Shown one piece after another: positions 15,999-22,868 of a stretch of 24,000 nucleotides of DNA (positions are counted from its first letter, which is position 1; every line of letters starts with the position of its first letter). The stretch spans positions 74,765 through 98,764 of the forward strand of contig JAGDWD010000010.1 in assembly GCA_023255955.1 (NCBI GenBank), given 5' to 3'. The notes beneath the pieces were generated by a model, which saw only the letters and a program-made list of their open reading frames with translations, was not told where the DNA came from and did not search any database. The translations under genes and the position numbers were made by a program. Origin of the DNA: Desulfurococcales archaeon. GTDB lineage: Archaea; Thermoproteota; Thermoprotei_A; Sulfolobales; NBVN01.

Positions 15999-16874
15999 AT
16001 GCTTTGCAGAGATAATCAGATAGTGACCCCGTGTCAGTTGGAGTTTGCTGATACCCACCTAGTCTTACGTTTTAGAGGAACTTGGAGAGAGCTCATTATA
16101 GAGTTCAATTCTATAACTGAGCTGATCTTCGACGAGACTATGGGCAGGCTAATGATATATACTCGAGTTCAAGATAGTGCGTTAGAAATATCGCCCCAGA
16201 GCATTGAGGACCTAGACTCGATCTCAAGGATCTTAGCTGTGATGGCTCTTTCAGAGAACCCCTCAGTGCTTGACAGAGTAGAGGAGTTCCTGAAGATATT
16301 CGGTGATGTAACTTCAGGGATAATCAAGTTAGTTGCATTACTTCAGGAAGTTGACGTTAGAGGAGGAATTAACTGGAATAAAATATCCGAGGTAGCCGGA
16401 GAAATCACCGAGGCAGTTAATATGTTGTCAGGTAAGGTACCGGGTTTCTACAACGAGAGCTTCAGGTCTTTAATGAACTCTATTGAGAGCCGACACATCA
16501 AGGAAGTTATTCGGAGAGCCGAGGCCGTACTTACGCACGTATACAACGCTTCTAGATCCAGCTTAACTGGACTCATCCCAGGTACTTGCTCCGAAGTTCT
16601 TCTAGATCTAGTGCTACTCTATGTACTTACGTCCTCGACGGCCTCGAAGAGGATTTCTGTATCGGAGAGAGGCTTAGTAACGATCAGAGAGGTGTCCGAG
16701 GTTGCTTCAGCAAGGTATGCGAATGTATTCGGGGTTCAGGAAAGCCATTTAGTTAGGATCAGGGAACTAATCCGTGACGGTGTAGCCAGCGTAGGGGAAT
16801 TCATTAGGGAAATTATGGATGCGCTACGGAGTACTTCCACTGGATTCAGTCGAGGAGGTAATCTAGGTAGATAA
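15999..16874 (+). CDS. Hypothetical protein with a small beta-rich N-terminal domain (PH/GRAM-like pattern) plus a helical domain (operon gene 3)
   Basis: The ATG lies 2 nt after the gene 2 stop. Residues 1-85 alternate short hydrophobic strands and end in a helix (HLVLRFRG, ELIIEF, ELIFDE, RLMIYTRV, ALEISP, then LDSISRILAVMAL). The rest is helical. Confidence 0.6.
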   Translation: MLCRDNQIVTPCQLEFADTHLVLRFRGTWRELIIEFNSITELIFDETMGRLMIYTRVQDSALEISPQSIEDLDSISRILAVMALSENPSVLDRVEEFLKIFGDVTSGIIKLVALLQEVDVRGGINWNKISEVAGEITEAVNMLSGKVPGFYNESFRSLMNSIESRHIKEVIRRAEAVLTHVYNASRSSLTGLIPGTCSEVLLDLVLLYVLTSSTASKRISVSERGLVTIREVSEVASARYANVFGVQESHLVRIRELIRDGVASVGEFIREIMDALRSTSTGFSRGGNLGR

Positions 16875-17163
16875 TGCTTTCCCTACTTATTCTATCCCCG
16901 GAGATCTCTACACCCTCAAGCTCTAGAAGCCTATGCTTAAACTCTCTGCTGGGCCTGCCGCTCAAGGTGTAGCCACCTAAGTCTCTCGAAGCTGAGACGA
17001 CTCTGTGGCATGGGACTACTATAGGGTTTTTATTGTACTTCAACATGCGGGCTACTGCGCGGGGTGATGTTTTGAGTACCTTAGCTAGGGAGCTGTACGT
17101 GGTTACGTAACCCGGGGGTATTATCTGAAGTAAAATAAATAGTATTTCCTTCTTCCTTATCAA
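16846..17163 (-). CDS. ogt: Single-domain methylated-DNA-protein-cysteine methyltransferase (MGMT/Ogt C-terminal DNA-binding domain only)
   Basis: It carries the IPPGYVTTYSSLAKVL, NKNPIVVPCHRVV (PCHRV active-site Cys) and LLELEGV motifs. At 105 aa it lacks the N-terminal domain. The start is TTG. Confidence 0.8.
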   Translation of the reverse strand: MIRKKEILFILLQIIPPGYVTTYSSLAKVLKTSPRAVARMLKYNKNPIVVPCHRVVSASRDLGGYTLSGRPSREFKHRLLELEGVEISGDRISRESIIYLDYLLD

Positions 17164-17166
17164 GCC

Positions 17167-17379
17167 CTATCCAGACTCTGCTTTCTTAGATTTGATTACT
17201 ATGACTCCCTTCTCCTCGTTCCTCTCTATTATGTACTCTTCTCCCCATTTCTCGATCATGGACTTAGGTATGTAGAGATTTAGTGGGAGCGTGTAGTACT
17301 CGTAGGTGTAGGTCTTACCCCGAACACTCTTTCTCCCGGAAATTTTCCTTACCTTAACTTCTCTTCTTCTAACCGACAT
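17167..17379 (-). CDS. Small basic protein, possibly AbrB/SpoVT-like DNA-binding
   Basis: The 70-aa ORF has an ATG start and a K/R-rich N-terminus. LNLYIPKSMIEKWGEEYIIERNEEKGVIVIK fits the AbrB swapped-hairpin pattern (xIPKxxxxxxgxxxgxxxxixxxxxGxIvI). Gaps to both neighbours are 3 nt. Confidence 0.35.
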   Translation of the reverse strand: MSVRRREVKVRKISGRKSVRGKTYTYEYYTLPLNLYIPKSMIEKWGEEYIIERNEEKGVIVIKSKKAESG

Positions 17380-17382
17380 TCT

Positions 17383-19011
17383 CTACCCTACAAACGTAGG
17401 TCTTACAGTATTTAAGCTTTTCGCTGAGATCCTCAAGTGCCTGAGCTTATCCTCTGGGCCCGTGATGAGCTCGGAGTCCTGCTCGTAGCTCCTACCTAAC
17501 CTCAGGGCTAGCTCGGCCTTACCCAGCTCGTACCCTAGGTAAGCTACATGTTCTGGGGTTAGATCGAACATTCTTACCACAGCTCTAGCTAGAGACATGG
17601 CTTCCTTACCCAGGAACCTGGCGAGGGTTTCCCCACTGTCCCTACTCAATACATCGATAACTAGCTGCCTCCTTTCATGATCCACATATATCTTAACATA
17701 GTACCTGGGGTCGGCCCGGTACTCTACGGTTCCCACCTCCACTGTAGGCGCACTAATTGAGGGTACTGCTCTAAGGCCCGACCGCTTACTCTTGACTATT
17801 AGGAGGTTAGCTCCGTCGGGGGAGTCCTTCGGTGGGGATCTCCTCAGATAGGATGAGTACGTCATGTACCTAGCTACAGCATGCTCCTCTATAGCTCTGA
17901 AGACCTTATCACTCTCCTCAGTAGCTAACACTAGAGAAGCACCCAGCTCGAAAGCCATAGTAACAAGTAGAGCTATCATACCGTGACTGTCAGCGTCGAC
18001 CATCTCATAGACGTTAGCTGTACTAAATAGGTGCGGGTAGTTGAAGCTCTTCCTCGACTGGTAGAACCTGGTGATAGACTCAGCAAATCCTACCCCGGGA
18101 GGTCTGATGAGTGGGTCCACAACGATCTTGCTGATCCCTACCTCCACGAGCTTAGAGGTAGCTGTTGATAGACTAGCTAGAGAGTCCTCAACCCTGTCTA
18201 CCGTGTCGGGTATCACCACAACACCTTTATCGCTACCGATTAAGTGAGCGACGACATCGACATCTTTACCGGTTACATTGAGGACTAGGTCAACCGAGTC
18301 AGCTACGTCCTTAGTAAGGTCCCCAACCCTCGGGAGATCTACACCTATGATCCCGGAACCTAGGACTTCCCTAGCCCTAGACGCTAGCTCAGCTATGAGA
18401 CTTTGCTCACACCTCCCTGGGCAACCCACGACAACACCTTCAAACCCTGCCTCAACAGCCCTCACCAGCTTCTCATCGAACTTGCGGCGATCTGATGCTG
18501 ATATCTCAACCAGGAGTAGGAGTGGTGGTGGATCGGTGAACACCTCACGCCCTCCGAGGGTGAAGAGGGCCCTCTTCATAGATACTACGGAAGCATACCT
18601 CCTCGCAAGGTCTGCGGAGAAGAAATCCTTAAGCAGGTCGTCTGCGGGTACGTCCTTACTGAGCTTCAAACCCTTCTCAAGTAGGTCTAGCGCTAGCGGT
18701 ATATCACCAGCATACTTCGGCCCCTTATAGACGGTACAGCCGATCGCCTCCTCAACCACCCGGGTAGACCCAGCAACAAGACCCGGTACCAGCACGATAT
18801 CGTAGTCACACCTACCGAGCTTCTCCCTCAGCTCAGTAGCCAGGTCTTCACAGCTAATGAACTGAGCAACAACAGCACTAGAAACAAACACCTCTACCCA
18901 GTACTTCCCACTCAACGACCTAGCAATCTCCGAAACCATGCCCTGAGCAGACCGTGTAGTAACGAGTAGCACCCTCTTCAAATCCTCCACACCAAGCAAG
19001 ATAGCCCACAC
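17383..19011 (-). CDS. Dihydropteroate synthase-like pterin-binding protein with a C-terminal DUF4346-like domain (archaeal MJ0107-type)
   Basis: Overall architecture and length (~540 aa) fit this type. An N-terminal Rossmann-like segment (RVLLVTTRSAQGMV) is followed by a TIM-barrel-like central region (GFEGVVVGCPG, GIIGVDLP, VDLVLNVTG, KIVVDPLI) and a C-terminal YYVKIYVDHERRQLVIDV segment. The start is uncertain: GTG at 19011, or TTG/GTG ~30-40 nt downstream. Confidence 0.5.
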   Translation of the reverse strand: MWAILLGVEDLKRVLLVTTRSAQGMVSEIARSLSGKYWVEVFVSSAVVAQFISCEDLATELREKLGRCDYDIVLVPGLVAGSTRVVEEAIGCTVYKGPKYAGDIPLALDLLEKGLKLSKDVPADDLLKDFFSADLARRYASVVSMKRALFTLGGREVFTDPPPLLLLVEISASDRRKFDEKLVRAVEAGFEGVVVGCPGRCEQSLIAELASRAREVLGSGIIGVDLPRVGDLTKDVADSVDLVLNVTGKDVDVVAHLIGSDKGVVVIPDTVDRVEDSLASLSTATSKLVEVGISKIVVDPLIRPPGVGFAESITRFYQSRKSFNYPHLFSTANVYEMVDADSHGMIALLVTMAFELGASLVLATEESDKVFRAIEEHAVARYMTYSSYLRRSPPKDSPDGANLLIVKSKRSGLRAVPSISAPTVEVGTVEYRADPRYYVKIYVDHERRQLVIDVLSRDSGETLARFLGKEAMSLARAVVRMFDLTPEHVAYLGYELGKAELALRLGRSYEQDSELITGPEDKLRHLRISAKSLNTVRPTFVG

Positions 19012-19050
19012 AGCAAAAAACTACCGTAAACCTGCTACAACCACAAAACG

Positions 19051-19058
19051 ATAAAAGT
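19051..19058 (+). promoter_or_regulatory. TATA-like box (ATAAAAGT) with a purine-rich upstream BRE-like AAAACG, for the tRNA
   Basis: It lies 20-27 bp upstream of the mature tRNA 5' end at 19078. Confidence 0.4.
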
Positions 19059-19077
19059 GAAGAACCTAGGAAACATA

Positions 19078-19155
19078 GGGCCCGTGGCCCAGCCAGGATA
19101 GGGCGCCGGCCTTCGGAGCCGGAGGTCCCGGGTTCAAATCCCGGCGGGCCCGCCA
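19078..19155 (+). tRNA. tRNA-Arg (anticodon UCG) with genomically encoded CCA
   Basis: The manual cloverleaf is acceptor GGGCCCG/CGGGCCC, D-stem GCCC/GGGC, anticodon stem CCGGC/GCCGG with loop CUUCGGA, T-stem CCGGG/CCCGG with loop TTCAAAT, discriminator G, and CCA. There is no intron. Confidence 0.95.
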
Positions 19156-19186
19156 CACCCCCTAACCACCTCCCTAGGCTTAATGG

Positions 19187-19192
19187 TTTTTT
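19187..19192 (+). terminator. Oligo-T tract (TTTTTT), a likely archaeal terminator for the tRNA
   Basis: The T6 run lies ~30 nt downstream of the tRNA 3' end. Confidence 0.35.
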
Positions 19193-19604
19193 AACTCATC
19201 ATTTCTTGATTATTTCCTCTTCCTGAAATTCGTTGATTATTATGAGAGGTATGAGAGGGTAGTTGCTGACTGGTTTACCTTTACTGTAGTATTCTTATAA
19301 CTAGACTCGTAACTTTATCAGACCCTGCCTCTAGGAGAGCTGAGATGTTATTTAGGAGTGCGTGAAGCTTCTCTCTTTCTGCCTCTGTAATTTTCCCTCT
19401 AAGTGTTAAGTCGATATCACAACCAGCGTAACTAAGCAACTATAGATAGTATCACATTAACGTTATAGGCCGATAGCTGATGTAAATCACCCAACTTGGA
19501 GGGATCTTTACACCTAAGTCTATAGGAGAGGGGCATGTTACTGAAACTATGCTAATTCTTTCCTGAATTTAAATTTAGAGGTAAACCGCTATATTTGGAT
19601 TCCC

Positions 19605-21170
19605 GTGCTTGAGGAGTTTAAGTACTGTTTAGATGAAGGGACTGACAGCGACCTAATATCTTTTAGAGATGTTTTACGGAGATTCGTAGCTGGGGCTCAA
19701 ACCATTAGAAGTGTTGATGGATTCCTAGTTCAGCTCGGTGTACTAGTCTTTGAAGTTGAGGAATTACTTGGTAAGGATGCGGAAAGAGTAGGCTCTGTAG
19801 TTAAGAAGTTACTAGCCTGTAGAGAGGTTGTCGAAGCGTTGAGGCCCCTAACTAGATATACTAAGGAGGTAAAGCACCTAGTTACAACAGACCCTAGGCA
19901 CAGATCCCTCAGACCCTACCTGGAGGACTTGCTTAAGCTCTTGGAAAGCATACCACCATCTGTAGAGGTTAAACACCTAGAGATAAGGAGACCTAGTCTT
20001 CCAGAGCTTGAGGTAACGCATAAAGAGGAGGCCGTCCGACCCTTAAGAACTCCCACCATCTTCGAAGAGTATACACGTGAAGCTGATATCCCCAAGAAAG
20101 AAAGTAGCAATAGTAAAAACACCGGTACTCGGAAGAAAGTCGGTCTAATTTTGCTGATAGTTGTGCTTATGCTATTGATTACCTATGTATTGCCACACCA
20201 TACTATTAATTATACTACTAGTTGGAGTTTCTTTACTATTAATTATACTACTAGTTGGAGTTTCTTTTCCTCAGCTGGTGCTCCCAGAAAACTGGTACTC
20301 AATAATACACACATCACCCTAGTTATGGAGGGTAGGCCTTACGGCTGGTTAAAAATGGGTGATACCACTGTTCTCTACTTAACTCCTGAAGCAGGGGGTG
20401 GGTCGGAGCTCCTCAGTCCTGATTACTTGTTTGTGAATAGTACTCATGGTGTAATGGTTTACTCAGCTAGGCGAATAGTGAGCGCTTTGAGAAGGGTAGG
20501 CATGTTAAGCTATGTATCAACATATAAAGTACTAACTAGAGAAGGGTATGTGTGTCATTTTTCTATAAGCATCGAAGAGAAAATAATTCCCGCTAGCTGT
20601 ACAAGTGTACTGCTTTTAGTCAGACCAGACCCCCATATAGATCTATTAGAAGCAGTTATGTACGGATATAATACCACAACACTGGAAATAATTAGGAAGG
20701 AGGTTCTTGGAGGTAAGCTCCTTAGCAATGAAGAGACTCTACGGAGGGTTCTATCGTGGCTCGAGAAGAATACTGAGTACGATTACGAAAAAGCTGAGGC
20801 CACTTCATTTAGTGTTCTCACACCTCTTCAGTTTCTTAAGGTAAGGAAGGGGGTGTGCTCAGATTACGCTGTTTTTACTGCTGCCGCCCTACTAGCCGGC
20901 GGGTTTAAGGAAGTATTCATAGTGATTATTAACACTTCCGTAGGCTGGCACGCTACTGCTGGCGTAGTACTTAATGAAATGTTTTTGGTAGCCGATCAAA
21001 GATTACCGCCTATAGAGTGGGGTGACTACATAGAATACTGGTTTAAACCCGTGGGTGAAGTCCAAGTCTTAAAGATTCGTATGGACAGAAACACTCCCGT
21101 AGTTGAGGGTTGGGTCGTGAATCCTAGAGAGCTGATATACCATATCCGGACAGTTACCCTGAGAATTTAA
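19605..21170 (+). CDS. Membrane-anchored transglutaminase-like (cysteine protease fold) protein
   Basis: It has a GTG start, a ~175-aa helical cytoplasmic N-domain, and one TM (VGLILLIVVLMLLITYVL). The extracytoplasmic domain carries a Cys-His-Asp triad with the expected spacing: GVCSDYAVF (Cys418, codon 20856-20858), GWHATAG (His449) and VADQ (Asp464). Confidence 0.7.
   Translation: MLEEFKYCLDEGTDSDLISFRDVLRRFVAGAQTIRSVDGFLVQLGVLVFEVEELLGKDAERVGSVVKKLLACREVVEALRPLTRYTKEVKHLVTTDPRHRSLRPYLEDLLKLLESIPPSVEVKHLEIRRPSLPELEVTHKEEAVRPLRTPTIFEEYTREADIPKKESSNSKNTGTRKKVGLILLIVVLMLLITYVLPHHTINYTTSWSFFTINYTTSWSFFSSAGAPRKLVLNNTHITLVMEGRPYGWLKMGDTTVLYLTPEAGGGSELLSPDYLFVNSTHGVMVYSARRIVSALRRVGMLSYVSTYKVLTREGYVCHFSISIEEKIIPASCTSVLLLVRPDPHIDLLEAVMYGYNTTTLEIIRKEVLGGKLLSNEETLRRVLSWLEKNTEYDYEKAEATSFSVLTPLQFLKVRKGVCSDYAVFTAAALLAGGFKEVFIVIINTSVGWHATAGVVLNEMFLVADQRLPPIEWGDYIEYWFKPVGEVQVLKIRMDRNTPVVEGWVVNPRELIYHIRTVTLRI
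20202..20267 (+). repeat. Perfect 33-bp tandem duplication (2 copies), in frame, inside the transglutaminase-like gene
   Basis: ACTATTAATTATACTACTAGTTGGAGTTTCTTT occurs at 20202-20234 and again at 20235-20267 with no mismatch. It encodes TINYTTSWSFF twice, immediately after the TM helix. Confidence 0.95.
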
Positions 21171-21501
21171 CTCCAGCTAAAGTTATTGTTTGGTTCACTA
21201 AAGTACCTCACAGCTCTTCACATGAAATCTCGATGCGTTAGTGGATGGCCGGCAAAGGACACTACAAATAAATCCAGTAGACATGACTTCTAATAAATTT
21301 TTGGATGATATGCCCAGACCGATGTTGAACTGAGGGAGCGGTTTGACTAAGCTGCAGGGTGGTATAACTATAATTCTGGGAACTCTACGTAAGTTATAGC
21401 TAGATCCCTGTGGGTGAGGTGAAGTATCTAGAAACTATTTCCAGGTGATCCGTACGCTGATCTCACCCAGTTAACTTCAATAGCAGTGTTGATGAGGTTT
21501 T

Positions 21502-22145
21502 GTTCGTGACAACGTTAAAGCAAACAAGGTAACCATAAAGAACCTGAAGATAAGCAAACACTACTATTATGGTATCTCTCTGGATGGTTCGAACCATAAC
21601 AAAATATTAAATAACATTGTATCATCAAATAGGAACGGTATCCACCTGGTTTATTCGTCTGATAATGTGATATTTAATAATATCCTTTTAGTAATCTAAT
21701 AAACGCAGTTCTTAAGGCTGCTGGTAGGAATTATTGGAATACTACTAGGACTGTTGGGAGGAATATTGTTGGAGGTAACTACCTCGGTGGAAACTGCTGG
21801 AGTAATCTTAATGGAACAGGATTCAGTGATACCTGCGAAGATAGAGATAAAGATGGAATATGCGATAAACCACTCCGATTAGATAAAATAACGTTGACTG
21901 GCTACCACTAGCTAAACCAACAACACCTATTATATTACTATAACTCGGACTACAACAGCAACTACCACGCGACCTATAACTACTACTGCTACAGTTACTA
22001 CTACTGTAACACAGCCTCCAAAACTACGACTACTACATTTACTGTAACTCAGAATACTGCAACGGTAACCACTTCACATACTGTTACTACAGCTCGATAT
22101 GAAACAACTACGGTACTTCTGGATGTCCTACTAACTACCTACTAG
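21502..22145 (+). pseudogene. Decayed gene for a secreted right-handed beta-helix (NosD/CASH-like) protein with a Thr-rich stalk and hydrophobic C-terminus
   Basis: Frame A reads VRDNVKANKVTIKNLKISKHYYYGISLDGSNHNKILNNIVSSNRNGIHLVYSSDNVIFNNILLVI and ends in a double stop at 21697-21702. A shifted frame reads NAVLKAAGRNYWNTTRTVGRNIVGGNYLGGNCWSNLNGTGFSDTCEDRDKDGICDKP. A further shift gives NVDWLPLAKPTTP. Thr-rich TTTATTT.../TTTTTFTVTQNTATVTTSHTVTT segments then end in VLLDVLLTTY and a stop at 22143-22145. No intact ORF of 60 aa or more exists here. Confidence 0.55.
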
Positions 22146-22437
22146 AGTAGCAGAGTAGATTAGGTTGACCTACCATCTAAGTCTCCTAAGAGCTTCCTAC
22201 CCCTCTAGATGGTTATGTGGCTCCTTCCTTAAAGGTAGTTGGATAATTCTCCCAGAGTTAGTTGCTAGAGGTAGAAGTAGGACCTACCTGGCTACTAGGA
22301 TTCAGGGCTTGGCCGGGCTTTAAAGAACTACTCGGTTCTTTTAGAGGGTGGGCCTGCGTGCGGGGGACTCGAGCTTTAGATGGTTTAGTAGATTAAGATG
22401 GTGAGGTAGTACCCACTCCATTATATATTTAGTTGTT

Positions 22438-22617
22438 TTATAGTGAACTCTGCGTAGTGTAGTGTGGGTTGCTGTAGTAGGCTTCACGAATCTTATTCAG
22501 TGTAACCTTAACTGGCATTTCAGCCGGGGCCCGCATTGACATCTGAAATAGACCAATCCCGATCATTGTTACTACTAGGACAGCGAGCAAAACCCCGATT
22601 AAGAGTGTTTTCCTCAA
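22438..22617 (-). CDS. Candidate 59-aa small membrane protein (below the ORF-track cutoff)
   Basis: A TTG start at 22617 gives (M)RKTLLIGVLLAVLVVTMIGIGLFQMSMRAPAEMPVKVTLNKIREAYYSNPHYTTQSSL, with a clear N-terminal TM/signal segment. There is no other support. Confidence 0.25.
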   Translation of the reverse strand: MRKTLLIGVLLAVLVVTMIGIGLFQMSMRAPAEMPVKVTLNKIREAYYSNPHYTTQSSL

Positions 22618-22868
22618 AAGCTTATCCCTATTATATGCTGAAGGTAATAAAATATAGCCCTATAGATTCGCTGCATGTAGAGCTGTCAGCCCACTCCGCA
22701 GGCTTAAGTGGAGTAACCCTCTAAGACCTCGTTATTACTCTGCAGAACTACCTTTAGGAGTTAGTAGATAAAGTACCTACTAGAGATCCTCCTAGTTGGT
22801 TCTATGTATCACTTAACTATGTAGATGGCCTCGGTATACTCAAGGATAAAGTATTTCCTGGGGGATGG

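Noticed and set aside
18278-18730. 150-aa plus-strand ORF inside the DHPS-like gene
   Set aside because: It is an antisense shadow with an extreme Ser/Arg/Thr/Pro composition.
18920-19156. 78-aa minus-strand ORF
   Set aside because: It runs antisense straight through tRNA-Arg and its promoter. The Gly/Pro/Cys-rich translation is an artefact of the GC-rich tRNA.
19241-19258. 9-bp tandem repeat TATGAGAGG x2, plus nearby UGAUUA/CUGA motifs suggesting a C/D sRNA
   Set aside because: There are only two short copies. The C/D-like boxes are degenerate and the last spacer is 26 nt (about 12 expected). This is not supportable.
21490-21546. UGAUGA ... CUGA pair suggesting a C/D-box sRNA
   Set aside because: It lies inside the beta-helix pseudogene reading frame, has no D'/C' boxes at the right spacing, and has no flanking stem.
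22521-22540. Possible att-site repeat of the tRNA-Arg 3' end (shared GGGCCCGC)
   Set aside because: Only 8 contiguous matching bases in a GC-rich motif. This is far too short to claim an integration boundary.
22536-22724. 62-aa plus-strand ORF
   Set aside because: It has no motif and overlaps, in antisense, a more protein-like small membrane ORF. It lies in a decayed AT-rich region.
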